A stretch of 64,000 nt of DNA from Candidatus Bathyarchaeum sp. (GCA_026014565.1 JAOZIB010000025.1:39022-103021); one strand, 5' to 3'; numbered from the stretch's first letter, positions 9,200 to 18,817 are shown. Translations and numbers: made by a program. Notes: generated by a model not told the origin, from the letters alone.

Positions 9200-9840
9200 A
9201 TTTTCATTCGAACTTTTTTGTCAATCACTGAAGCGCCAACAGGAACTTCTGGAAATTGTTGGTTAACACGCTGTCCAGCGATTTGGGATGCTTCGTTTAG
9301 TATGTCTTGTGCTGCATCATTTGGTGAATCAAAGGATAAATCAATTTGGCTACTTTGGCTAGTTTCACACATTATTCCGTTTAGCAGATTACTAATTTGA
9401 CCTAGTTCGTTGCCCGCATCAGGTAAAGTTCCAGAAATTCCTTTCCCAATATCACGTAACATGTTAACAGATGGAGAAAGCATACCAACTACGTCTCCAA
9501 ATTCTGAAACAGTTCCCAAACGTAACGAAATTTGTTCAAGGGCAAGTTTTGTATTAGAAATGTGTTTTACAGTTTTTCGTATCTCGGATAATTCACTAGC
9601 GTAAACCTTTGCGCGAACAAGGTCGTGCTGTGAATAGGCTTTAACGGTTTTAGCAAATAGTGACTTATCACGTTCAGAAAAACGGTTAACTGCTTTGTCT
9701 AAATGGCGAATCTGGATGTGCATTCGTTTATTTGCAGCATCAAGTCGGGATTTCAAAGGAGCAGGTTTACGAACCCTATCTTTTATTTTATCACTAATAG
9801 AAGATTTTTCTTCAAGTTTCCAGTTTTCTGTGAATTTCAT
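9196..9840 (-). CDS. cdvB: ESCRT-III (CdvB-family) paralog without winged-helix domain
   Basis: Collinear with ORF 39068..39721 (LKSRLDAANKRMHIQIRHLDKAVNRFSERDK… versus LKPRLDFAVKRMEMQIQKLDKAADRFTDRDK…). The C-terminal FPEVPVG is MIM2-like. I place the start at the internal ATG (MKFTENWK), not the track start at 9882. Confidence 0.8.
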   Translation of the reverse strand: MKFTENWKLEEKSSISDKIKDRVRKPAPLKSRLDAANKRMHIQIRHLDKAVNRFSERDKSLFAKTVKAYSQHDLVRAKVYASELSEIRKTVKHISNTKLALEQISLRLGTVSEFGDVVGMLSPSVNMLRDIGKGISGTLPDAGNELGQISNLLNGIMCETSQSSQIDLSFDSPNDAAQDILNEASQIAGQRVNQQFPEVPVGASVIDKKVRMKI

Positions 9841-10061
9841 AAATATCCCAGCAATAACAAAACAAGCAAATGTCATTAACATGATTAATATGATGATAAC
9901 ATGTAGACAATCATCAACAAAATAATCAATCTAGAATTGTTGAAACGTTTTTGTAACATCAATGTGAATATACAGGAGAAAATGTAGAAAATTATACAGG
10001 ATCATATAATTGTTCAGTTCAAGAAATTTTTAGCTTAAAAAAAATAAAAATTATTGATTCA

Positions 10062-10680
10062 TTAGATGCTCAATAAAATATAAGATAATAAGTAAATGGC
10101 GATGAAAAATAGTCCTATTTTACGGTTTACTTTTTCTTTAAATGCGAGGGTTAAAATAACAATCAATGAACCCAACAGAGCATATACTCCAGTTAACATC
10201 ACCAAATCAACAGATAAAGAAATGGGGAAAAATAACGGACCAATTCCAATAGAGAAACAAGCATCAAAAATGCAACTGCCTAAAGTGTTGCCGATTGTAA
10301 GTTTGAATTGATTCTTTTTGGCTGCTGCGACGTTTACAAACAGTTCTGGAAGAGAAGTTCAAATTGCCACAACGAAGAAACTAACAGTATACTCGGGAAT
10401 ATTGAAAAGTTTTGACAGCGCAATTCATATTCAATACAAAATATGCTCCTATTGCTACATCTGCAAAGCCTAGAGTTGCTCGTCTAAAGCAGTAAAAGTA
10501 TCGTTTATCTGAAGATGAAGCGTTTTTCGGGGGAGTACGTTTTATTGTTGGTTAAATTATTCACTATTATAATAAAAGAATCCAGCTAACAATTAAAATT
10601 AGTCCATTTAATCGTGTGATGTATCCGTTCTCAACAACTGCCAAAACAAGTATTATGGACAAAAGTTGTTTTTTGCGCAC
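10062..10680 (-). pseudogene. Na+/Ca2+ exchanger (CaCA family) remnant with in-frame stop and frameshifts
   Basis: The minus-strand translation contains the alpha-repeat signature …FFVVAI*TSLPELFVNVAAAKKNQFKLTIGNTLGSCIFDACFSIGIGP…. A TGA replaces the conserved Gly. Upstream parts are in other frames, and only about the C-terminal half is present. Confidence 0.6.
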
Positions 10681-10910
10681 TTAAATTTTATCCATCAGAA
10701 ACGGTGTTGCTACAAAAAGATGGAAAGATTACAAACAAGGAACTAGATTTAAGAAAAAATTATGAGTTATAGCTTCCAAGGTAAAAATATGATTTAAACA
10801 GTTTAATAGTATTAGAATAATTTCTTGTTGATAATTATCTTACAATAATAAATGATAAAAAAATAACAAAAAGTACTAATTTTAGCCTTCTTTGAGAAGA
10901 CTTATTAGTA

Positions 10911-11987
10911 ATGCTACGTTGCACCAACCAGATATCAATGACACTAAACGAAATTTTGAGTTACACAGTATTTGGCAATGCCTTACGAGATTACGTTTTA
11001 GCGATAGCAGTTTTTGTTGTCACGGTAATTGTCTTTAAAATAATCAAATATCAAGTTATCAAAAAGCTAAGTAATGCCGCAGACAAAACAAAATCAGACA
11101 TCGACGATCTACTGATAAAAATTGTAGATAAAATCGGCTGGCATTTTTACATATTTTTTGCAACATATTTTGCGGTGAATTTTATTCAGCCACCAGCTAT
11201 TGTAATAACAATTTTTGGTTACGCTACTCCGATGGTTGTAGTTTTCCTTATTATAAGAAGCCTACAACAGGTAGTGGATTATGGCATACTAAAAGTAACA
11301 AAAGAAAAAGAGCCAGAAAACGGACAATCAATAGCGAGCATACTAGGAAGAATCGCAAAAGGAATTCTTTGGAGTTTAGCTTTTCTGTACATTATTACCC
11401 TTTTTGGTTATGACCCAACAACTATAGTTGCAAGTTTTGGAGTTGCAGGAATTGTCCTAGCTTTTGGATTACAACATGTTCTAAGTGATATTTTTGCGTC
11501 GTTTTCAATATTTTTTGACAAGCCTTTCAGTGTGGGTGACTTCATAACGGTTGGGGGTAACTGGGGGGTCGTAAAAAAAGTAGGAATAAGAAGCACCCGA
11601 ATTGAAAGCCTTCAAGGACAAGAAGTGATAATTCCAAATCAAGAGTTAACCTCTGCTGAGATTCATAACTACAAAAAAATGGAAAAAAGAAGGGTGCAAT
11701 TTAGTTTTGGACTAATTTATGATACTTCGGCTGAAAAAATCGAGAAAGCCTTGGAAATAACAAAACAAGTTGTTAGTTCAGTTGAGTTAGTAGATTTTGA
11801 TAGGGTTCATTTCAAAGAGTACGGGGATTTTAGCCTAAACTTTGAAGTTGTATACCATGTGAAAACTTCAGATTACAACATTTACATGGATGTGCAACAA
11901 GAAATTAACCTAAAACTCAAAAAAGAATTTGAAAAAGAACAAATAGAATTCGCGTATCCAACTCAAACAGTAATAATAAACAAGTAA
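10911..11987 (+). CDS. mscS: Mechanosensitive ion channel, MscS family
   Basis: N-terminal TM helices followed by the MscS beta-domain pattern FDKPFSVGDFITVGGNWGVVKKVGIRSTRIESLQGQEVIIPN. Confidence 0.85.
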   Translation: MLRCTNQISMTLNEILSYTVFGNALRDYVLAIAVFVVTVIVFKIIKYQVIKKLSNAADKTKSDIDDLLIKIVDKIGWHFYIFFATYFAVNFIQPPAIVITIFGYATPMVVVFLIIRSLQQVVDYGILKVTKEKEPENGQSIASILGRIAKGILWSLAFLYIITLFGYDPTTIVASFGVAGIVLAFGLQHVLSDIFASFSIFFDKPFSVGDFITVGGNWGVVKKVGIRSTRIESLQGQEVIIPNQELTSAEIHNYKKMEKRRVQFSFGLIYDTSAEKIEKALEITKQVVSSVELVDFDRVHFKEYGDFSLNFEVVYHVKTSDYNIYMDVQQEINLKLKKEFEKEQIEFAYPTQTVIINK

Positions 11988-12102
11988 AAACAATAAAGTC
12001 CCAAAATTTTTTGGGATTTCCTTAAATTTTTTAACAAAAATGTGGAAAGAAAAACTATCCATAAACAGAGTTATCCATTAAAACCGAGCTCAAAAAAGCG
12101 AG

Positions 12103-12315
12103 CTAGAAAGCTGTCAAAAATATAGGTTCTACGTTTGTAGCTTTGGGTCCTTGTTTTGTTTGTTCTACTTCAAATTGGACTTTTTCGCCTTCTTGAAGAT
12201 AGGCTGCACCAACCAAGTCACTGCGGTGCACAAAAACACGTTTATTTTGTTTTTTTGTCTCGATAAATCCGTAGCCACGATCACAAATCCATTTTGTCAC
12301 TGTTCCTTTTGTCAT
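12103..12315 (-). CDS. cspA: Cold-shock domain protein
   Basis: 70 aa with GTVTKWICDRGYGFIE…VFVHRS (RNP1/RNP2 motifs). A GGTGA SD is present. Confidence 0.9.
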   Translation of the reverse strand: MTKGTVTKWICDRGYGFIETKKQNKRVFVHRSDLVGAAYLQEGEKVQFEVEQTKQGPKATNVEPIFLTAF

Positions 12316-12444
12316 TATTTCACCTCACTGTTGTTTTCTATAAGTTTGAGCTTGAATTCAGCCTCTTGAAGGGCAACTTGTTGCAGAATCGCAAAAAAGT
12401 TAAAGCGAGCTCACCCGCGTACATAGATAGTATTCTCAGCACGT

Positions 12445-12452
12445 TTTATAAA
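12445..12452 (-). promoter_or_regulatory. Candidate TATA box (TTTATAAA) for csp, implying a leader of roughly 100 nt
   Basis: The only strong TATA-like octamer in the csp upstream gap, about 130 nt 5' of the ATG. Confidence 0.3.
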
Positions 12453-12496
12453 GGTTCAAAAATTATAAAACAAAACTTGGAATTTGAAAAAACAGT

Positions 12497-13099
12497 TTAA
12501 TCAATTTTTATTTTTTCCGCTTTGTTCAGATTAATTTCTAAGACACCGTTTATGTATTTTGTTTTAATTGATTCAGGGTCTATTATGCAGGGCATTGGTA
12601 TTTTTTTGTAATAATTAAATTTCAAAGAATCCGCAACAACAATTATGTGGTCAGGTAAACCTTTGACTTGAATTTCTTTTTTTGTAACTCCGGGTAGTTC
12701 CATAACTACTTGAATTTCTTTATCAAGGGATATAACATCGATTAACAAATCCCATTGCTCATCAAATTTTGATTTTTTTGGGCACATTTTGGGCGAAATA
12801 CTCCCTAATCGTCGAATTCTTGGCTCACCATCGAGCCCTAAAGTAACACTATATCCATAAATGAAATGACCAAAGCTTTTATTTTTTTGCTCAGAAGAAA
12901 TTGGTTCTCTTTTTTTAGGGTCATTTAGAGAGGTTTCAGATAACTCTTTGAACTTAGTATCCAGCATTTTTTCGATTTTGTTGATTATTTCTTCTATTTC
13001 GCCGGATTCGTCATTTTTGTTTTTTGGTTGTTCATCTTTTTTTCTAAACCATCTAGACCAAAAATCATCCTTTATCAAACTTTTCACGCACATCTTCAC
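12497..13099 (-). CDS. hsp20: Small heat-shock protein (Hsp20/alpha-crystallin) with long N-terminal extension
   Basis: C-terminal ACD: DVISLDKEIQVVMELPGVTKKEIQV…KYINGVLEINL. Confidence 0.8.
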   Translation of the reverse strand: MKMCVKSLIKDDFWSRWFRKKDEQPKNKNDESGEIEEIINKIEKMLDTKFKELSETSLNDPKKREPISSEQKNKSFGHFIYGYSVTLGLDGEPRIRRLGSISPKMCPKKSKFDEQWDLLIDVISLDKEIQVVMELPGVTKKEIQVKGLPDHIIVVADSLKFNYYKKIPMPCIIDPESIKTKYINGVLEINLNKAEKIKID

Positions 13100-13300
13100 A
13101 TTACTTTAACTTGAGGGTTAGCAGGGGTTAAACCCACAATCAATACAAGGCCAATAAAACAGCATTCAATCCAAAAGGACTTGTGAACTCCATTAGAACG
13201 TAAAATTGCCCTAAGCGTGCTCCCCCACTAACCATGCTTTTTGTTCTCATTAAGTTTTATAAACATTCTAGTGAAATGATAATCTGGAAAAAAGAACAGT

Positions 13301-13450
13301 ATGAAAATAATTTGTGATGCTTGCTGGACATGTAAAAATCTGGACAGAAGAGAAAGCACGGGTGAAATTCCAGTCTGTTCGTTACTTGTTATTGGGGAAC
13401 AAATCAAAACAGAAGGAATCTGCCCAGATTACAAAGACGTGGAATCATAA
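13301..13450 (+). CDS. 49-aa Cys-rich micro-ORF (MKIICDACWTCKNLD…GICPDYKDVES)
   Basis: Below the track cutoff. It has a CxxCxxC plus two further Cys. No SD and no recognised family. Confidence 0.2.
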   Translation: MKIICDACWTCKNLDRRESTGEIPVCSLLVIGEQIKTEGICPDYKDVES

Positions 13451-13466
13451 TTTGTGTCAAGTCTAA

Positions 13467-14015
13467 TTACTTGCAGAGCTTCAGTGACCGTCTATCTTTT
13501 ATTGTGGCTTCTGCTAGTTTTCTTCCTAGATTCATAGCTTGTTTTTCATCTGTTTTCCAAGGGTTTGCACGTTCAGGAACTGTTTCGATTACGATCCCCG
13601 GCTTGATAAACATTGGATTAAAAACGCCCAAAATACGATCAATATTTTCAAGGGCAATTACTTGAGCACCAGTTCCAGTAGTAAAAACAGCCATGGGCTT
13701 ACCTGCCATGCTATCACGTAACGAATAAAGTTGCGTTAACAAAGCCAATATTTTCCCAGACATTATGCTAAAATGTGACGGCGAACCAATTGCATAACCA
13801 TCAGCTTCAATGACTTCTTGCACATCAACTTCTTCTGTTCTTCGCAGTTCAACCGACACGTCACAAACCAGCTTTACCCCTTTTGCTACTGCATTAGCTA
13901 GTCTTTCTGTATTTCCAGTATTCGAATCGTATATTATCAAAATTTTTGGACACAAACAAAAAACCTCACATATTATATGCTGAATTGTATATAAAAAACT
14001 AGCAGTAAATTTCAT
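13467..14015 (-). CDS. Flavodoxin-like FMN protein (WrbA/NAD(P)H:quinone oxidoreductase-like)
   Basis: KILIIYDSNTGNTERLANAV FMN loop, then GSPSHFSIMSG. The probable true start is the TTG at 13955 (MCPKILIIYDS). Confidence 0.75.
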   Translation of the reverse strand: MKFTASFLYTIQHIICEVFCLCPKILIIYDSNTGNTERLANAVAKGVKLVCDVSVELRRTEEVDVQEVIEADGYAIGSPSHFSIMSGKILALLTQLYSLRDSMAGKPMAVFTTGTGAQVIALENIDRILGVFNPMFIKPGIVIETVPERANPWKTDEKQAMNLGRKLAEATIKDRRSLKLCK

Positions 14016-14027
14016 AGGATAAAAAAA

Positions 14028-14468
14028 CTAGATTTTTGAATTCATCATGTAGTACGTGAAATCGTCCCATGCCTGAAAAAATGCAGCATCAAAGTCGTTT
14101 TTGGTAGCTAATTTTTTGTTAAAGTCACTGAAACTTTGTTTTACTTCCTGGAGTTTTTTGTAATTGCAATCCTTCAAACTAAAAATGTAAGGCTCATGAG
14201 AACTATCTTCTTTAAGAGCCGAAATCATACCTTGAAGGGCAAGGAGATAACCCAGCATCCATTGCGTTTCACTTCTTTCTTGTTTTATCTGCTCCAATAA
14301 AGCTTCGGCTTTGGTCCAGCTCCTTTGTTCAAGCAACGGAAAAAAACCACCCATAACATACAAAGAAAACCGCTTCTTTTGGTCCCGAACATCATGAACC
14401 CTAATCAAATGAGACGACAGCCCCCGATGGGTTTCATATGTTTTTCCGCAAAGCAAACAACTAATCAT
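14028..14468 (-). CDS. C2H2 zinc-finger protein with helical C-terminal domain
   Basis: N-terminal CLLCGKTYETHRGLSSHLIRVH (C-x2-C-x12-H-x4-H). Confidence 0.6.
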   Translation of the reverse strand: MISCLLCGKTYETHRGLSSHLIRVHDVRDQKKRFSLYVMGGFFPLLEQRSWTKAEALLEQIKQERSETQWMLGYLLALQGMISALKEDSSHEPYIFSLKDCNYKKLQEVKQSFSDFNKKLATKNDFDAAFFQAWDDFTYYMMNSKI

Positions 14469-14543
14469 GAACCTACAAACTCGACCAGATCATTAACTGC
14501 AAACTTGCAAAAATAATATTCAATCACCTAATTTAAATAATCA
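14330..14543. repeat. Copy A of a diverged direct repeat (5' end plus upstream region of the C2H2 gene)
   Basis: By-eye alignment with 19090..19306 in the same orientation. It is roughly three-quarters identical over the ~157-bp core 14387..14543 versus 19150..19306, with 1-2 nt indels. Confidence 0.7.
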
Positions 14544-14710
14544 TTCTTCGGCTGTAAAAAAGCCTACAAAATTGATTGATTCTAGGTTGGATGGCTTTTA
14601 TTTTTTGAAATATGAATCAATTTGTACTCAATTTGGGCATGAATTGTAAAAATATTTTTTAATGCATAAACCTTTTTTATTCTCATCAATTTAATGGGGG
14701 TAAATGAATA

Positions 14711-15109
14711 ATGAATAAAAGATTGATTTTTGAGTCACTTCTAATGTCGTCATTGGTAGTGGCACTAATGTCAGCAACGGTCTTTGCAGCATCGACCAGC
14801 CAAACAAATACAGATCCTGGGTCATATGGCAGTCATTCAAAGGCATATGTCAAAGTTTACTACACAACTCCTGGTCAGTTCACTGGAGAAGAATTCTTGG
14901 CAAGCAGGGATCCAGGAACTGGACAATTCGATGGCGCGTTTTATTACTGTTTCTTCATAGATGAAGAGTACTATCAAGGATATGATAACGACGACGAGCA
15001 TGATTTTGATTCAGATATTGATTGCACACTCGCAGCCACGTATACTACATCGGATTTCAAACTGGGTTATCAAGAGTGGACGTGCACAGCACTTGCGAAC
15101 CTTCCATGA
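14711..15109 (+). CDS. Small secreted acidic protein, unknown function
   Basis: Signal peptide (LLMSSLVVALMSATVFAAS), then a Tyr/Asp-rich domain with three Cys. Confidence 0.5.
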   Translation: MNKRLIFESLLMSSLVVALMSATVFAASTSQTNTDPGSYGSHSKAYVKVYYTTPGQFTGEEFLASRDPGTGQFDGAFYYCFFIDEEYYQGYDNDDEHDFDSDIDCTLAATYTTSDFKLGYQEWTCTALANLP

Positions 15110-15270
15110 TTGTTGAAGGTATTCGCTAAATCAATCCCTTTCCTCGTTTTTTATTTTGATATGAATCATTTATTGAACTTAAAAAGTATAAATGGATAAA
15201 AATCTCATTATTACAATAATGTTATATGTTTAATTAGTTTTTAAATTGTTGAACAAAGAGGGATAATTAG

Positions 15271-16071
15271 TTGAAGTGTGTTTACAGATCATCTATGATT
15301 GGGGCAACATCAGCGTTATTATTGTTTTCTCTCTTTTTCTTGTCTGCAAATGCACAATCAACGGTTTTTCCACCGATCTGGATGGAAGAAGGCGCTTTTG
15401 TTGAGTTTTCTTTTGAAGAAGGGATCTGGTATCCTTCCAATGAGCCTCCAGGTGTTGTATATAAGTCAGGAACTTTCAGGTGGAGCTGTATAGAGTTGGT
15501 AGGGACTGTTGCCCGATTGAATCTTACTATAAGTTATAATATTGAAGGAGAAGTCAAACATCTTTCGGGGGCGGCATTAGTTGATGTAATAAACAGGTCC
15601 GTTTATGATTTGGATGGTACTCATGTTGGTAGTACACAGCTTTGGTTAAAATCAAATCCCAATAATGGAGAGCAACTAGTTCTGTGGGATTTACCGCCAG
15701 ATGCAATTTTTGGCGCAGTGGAGACAAATCGCATTGGGGAAACGTGTCAAGGAAATCAAGAATCATACAAAGTTATTGGAAATGGAACAATTAACAACAA
15801 AACAGCTGTTTTCAACTTGCGTTGCGACATGAATACTGGGCTAATGATTCGTGGTTTAATGTGGAACGAAGCAGTATTTCGTGCAATGAACACGGGCTTA
15901 ATGAGCTCAGTGATCATTTCAGACACAAACATCGATTTAGGTCCAAGCACAGATACCTTTGACTTTAATTCTCTTTTCCCCATAATTATCATAGCTGTTG
16001 CATTTGTCCTTGTCTTTGTTTCAATTTATTGGACTAGAAATAAAAAACGCCTGTCAACAGGTAAAAAGTAG
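15271..16071 (+). CDS. Type-I membrane protein: signal peptide, ~200-aa ectodomain, C-terminal TM anchor
   Basis: TTG start is preceded by GAGGGA plus 7 nt. Signal peptide ends …LFFLSANAQS. The C-terminus is IIIIAVAFVLVFVSIYW followed by the basic tail TRNKKRLSTGKK. Confidence 0.55.
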   Translation: MKCVYRSSMIGATSALLLFSLFFLSANAQSTVFPPIWMEEGAFVEFSFEEGIWYPSNEPPGVVYKSGTFRWSCIELVGTVARLNLTISYNIEGEVKHLSGAALVDVINRSVYDLDGTHVGSTQLWLKSNPNNGEQLVLWDLPPDAIFGAVETNRIGETCQGNQESYKVIGNGTINNKTAVFNLRCDMNTGLMIRGLMWNEAVFRAMNTGLMSSVIISDTNIDLGPSTDTFDFNSLFPIIIIAVAFVLVFVSIYWTRNKKRLSTGKK

Positions 16072-16276
16072 CAACTATGACAAACTAGTTTTAGCATAAA
16101 TAATGAGCACGTCTAGTCATGAACTGACTTAATTATGCTGTTCGTCTATTATGATAAATACATGAAAATCAAATTCAATGATGAAAAATGAAACTGGACA
16201 CATTTTCAGGGGCAGAACATCTTCAATTGAAAGAAGTAATACAGTAGTGAATGTTACTTCAATCTCTTTTATTGAG

Positions 16277-16813
16277 TTACTGATTGACTTTGGAAGATTT
16301 ATTTCGTATAGTTATCACTGACACTATTGTTAGCAACATTCCTGTGACAATAATAGCACCTGAAGCACATAGCAGATCTTGCTCTATGCCATAAATCATG
16401 AATGACCAATTAGCGATTACAGTTTCGTTTGTAGGATTATACAACAGTATTGCATATTTATCTCGTTTTGGGATCTCTAAAGTATTCGTAAATTGTGCTG
16501 TTCCTTCGAAACTCCAAAGGGCGTCAATGTTCTTGTTTTCGTCCCACTGCCTTATCCCGTTTGAGTCTAGGACATACACGTCAATCGGAGCAGTAGCCCT
16601 CACTTCTAACTCAACGGTACGTGGACTCCAAAAAATATGACGAAAATCGCCTATTTCTATTCCTTGAGATTCCTTTGTAGGTCCCCACGAATTTGGAGCA
16701 AGATCAACACGTGTACCTGAAGAACTTGTTTCGTTACTTCTGTAAATTGTACCTGTTAGAAGCGAAATGCCAATAATCAAAAAGATAATGCTCCCGCGAG
16801 TCCATTTTTTCAT
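16277..16813 (-). CDS. Bitopic membrane protein (N-terminal anchor, beta-rich ectodomain, C-terminal TM), last gene of the ABC operon
   Basis: Starts 15 nt after the permease stop. Hydrophobic segments sit at both ends. No recognised family. Confidence 0.55.
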   Translation of the reverse strand: MKKWTRGSIIFLIIGISLLTGTIYRSNETSSSGTRVDLAPNSWGPTKESQGIEIGDFRHIFWSPRTVELEVRATAPIDVYVLDSNGIRQWDENKNIDALWSFEGTAQFTNTLEIPKRDKYAILLYNPTNETVIANWSFMIYGIEQDLLCASGAIIVTGMLLTIVSVITIRNKSSKVNQ

Positions 16814-16827
16814 TTAACGTTCACCCC

Positions 16828-17577
16828 CTAGTCAACCTCCATAAAATGAGTAAAATATACAAAAGATAAGACAAGCAAAACCACAGAAATAACCAGTGGA
16901 ACTGAAAGAGTTAGAATTAATGCCTCAGGAGTTAGTACACTAACGGCTAGTCCTCCAGTTGCACTTTTACCGGTAACATATTCTGCAACATGGGTACTGA
17001 GGTATCTTAGTCGTCCTTGTGCAGATAGATAATTTTCGCTACCTGCCACACTCTCGAGTCCAATCAATAACAAAATTGGCGACAAAATTGATATGGCTTC
17101 ATTTTTGGTAAACAATGAAACAGTTATGGTAACTGAACAAACCAATAAAATTTGAAGCAATAACCCAAAAAGTCCCACAAAATATTGAAGTTCAAACGGG
17201 TTCAAAACAGCAAGATAAATGTGCATTGAATACGCTGCAAAAAAAACCACAACAAATGTAAAAAATAAGGCAACAAACTTTGAAACAAAAAGATGCCACC
17301 GTTTTACAGGATATGATAAAAGTAGTTTATCTTCACCTTTGGAACTACCTCCGGCAAAACCATGAGCAAAAACTGCACTAACACCAAATGTTATGAACAT
17401 AAAAAGAGTTCCAGTAAGTCGATATAGCACACTATAATTGTCTCTAAAAGAAAGAACTATAGCTGTTTGAGATAACACGCCAATAACGGCTGTGGCTATT
17501 ATCAATTCAAGCATTGGAAAACTCAAATATTCTTCAAATGACCAACAAACTAATCCACGAAAAGTTTTAAACTTCAT
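16828..17577 (-). CDS. ABC-2 type transporter permease
   Basis: About 6 TM helices. It directly abuts the ATPase gene (its start at 17577 adjoins the ATPase stop at 17578). Confidence 0.65.
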   Translation of the reverse strand: MKFKTFRGLVCWSFEEYLSFPMLELIIATAVIGVLSQTAIVLSFRDNYSVLYRLTGTLFMFITFGVSAVFAHGFAGGSSKGEDKLLLSYPVKRWHLFVSKFVALFFTFVVVFFAAYSMHIYLAVLNPFELQYFVGLFGLLLQILLVCSVTITVSLFTKNEAISILSPILLLIGLESVAGSENYLSAQGRLRYLSTHVAEYVTGKSATGGLAVSVLTPEALILTLSVPLVISVVLLVLSFVYFTHFMEVD

Positions 17578-18501
17578 TTATTTTTCCCCTGCCGTTGCTT
17601 TGTAGATTTCGTCAAGAGTACCCATTATCTGCTGAAAATTCTTCAATTGCAGATTTAATTCTGCAGCAATTTTAGGAATTTCTCCATAGAACGTGTCAAC
17701 ATCACTGATTTTGCAGTAAACTTTGCCATCCTCAATCCAAATTTTTTCAACATTAGACATTTTTTGAACTTTATCTATGAAAACCCCAGGATTAGAAACT
17801 TCAATCTTGTAAACATTTGCCGAGTATTTTTCGGCCAAATCTTTGATGTTTCCTTGGTCAACGATTTTTCCTGAATCAATTATTGATAACCAATTACAAA
17901 CTTTTTCTAAATCACTTAAAATATGTGTGGAAATAAGAAAACTTGTACCCCGTTCTTTATGCATGTCTTTAATTTGATCCAATAAAGCAACTCTACCCAA
18001 TGGATCAATATTAGCTGTTGGTTCATCAAGAATAACAAATTCAGGTTCACTGATTAACGCTTGAGCTAAACCTAACCGCTTGAGCATACCCGCCGAATAG
18101 GCACCTATCTTTTTGTCTATTGCATCATCCAAACCTACATCTTTTAAGGCATTAGTTACACGACGATCAACTTGTGAAAGCTCATAAATCTGAGCAACAT
18201 GCTCCAAAAAACGTTTTCCTGTAAAACTGCTAGGATACGCGTTTACTTCATGCATTACTCCTAACCTACGTTTAATCTCATAAGAATCATGCCAACAATC
18301 CAAACCAAAAATAGTAGCTTCACCAGAATTAGCTTTCAACAAACCTAAAAGAACCCCAATAGTAGTCGTTTTACCCGCGCCATTCCTGCCAATAAAACCT
18401 GAAATTCCCTTTGGAATATTTAGTTCTAGCTCATTCAAAACAAAATTATGTCCAAAGGACTTGACTAGACCAGTTGTACTTACAATGAAATCACAATCCA
18501 T
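17578..18501 (-). CDS. ABC transporter ATP-binding protein
   Basis: Walker A GRNGAGKTT, signature YSAGMLKRLGLAQAL, Walker B FVILDEPT. Confidence 0.9.
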   Translation of the reverse strand: MDCDFIVSTTGLVKSFGHNFVLNELELNIPKGISGFIGRNGAGKTTTIGVLLGLLKANSGEATIFGLDCWHDSYEIKRRLGVMHEVNAYPSSFTGKRFLEHVAQIYELSQVDRRVTNALKDVGLDDAIDKKIGAYSAGMLKRLGLAQALISEPEFVILDEPTANIDPLGRVALLDQIKDMHKERGTSFLISTHILSDLEKVCNWLSIIDSGKIVDQGNIKDLAEKYSANVYKIEVSNPGVFIDKVQKMSNVEKIWIEDGKVYCKISDVDTFYGEIPKIAAELNLQLKNFQQIMGTLDEIYKATAGEK

Positions 18502-18523
18502 TTTAAACCACTCTTGCTCGGTA

Positions 18524-18817
18524 TTAGTGTTTCTTTTGTTTTTCCAAGCACAAATTTAATGCCTCTTCACCATCGGATGTTAGAGTGTAGAATTTTATTT
18601 GTCCAAAATCCACACACGTAACAAAAGTTTCATTCTTCATACATTTCAAATGCTTCTGCACAGTCCACCAACCCAACCCAGTTTCGGTTGCTATTTGATT
18701 ACAATTTTTTGGTACACCACACAACGTACGCATTATGTTCATTCGAGATTTAGCTCCTCTAGAAAACACAAGTAACAATTCAACTCTTTTGAGCCACTCA
18801 CCTTGCGTTCTAGGCAC
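18524..18817 (-). CDS. Winged-helix (ArsR-like) transcriptional regulator
   Basis: 97 aa with the HTH CNQIATETGLGWWTVQKHLKCM. First gene of the ABC operon. Confidence 0.7.
   Translation of the reverse strand: MPRTQGEWLKRVELLLVFSRGAKSRMNIMRTLCGVPKNCNQIATETGLGWWTVQKHLKCMKNETFVTCVDFGQIKFYTLTSDGEEALNLCLEKQKKH

Noticed and set aside
16170-16270. ATGATGA (about 16178) and CTGA strings considered as a C/D-box sRNA. A similar case is TGATGA…CTGA near 48061-48104.
   Set aside because: Box spacing and the missing internal C'/D' boxes do not fit the ~50-60 nt archaeal C/D architecture. Such short strings are expected by chance in AT-rich DNA.
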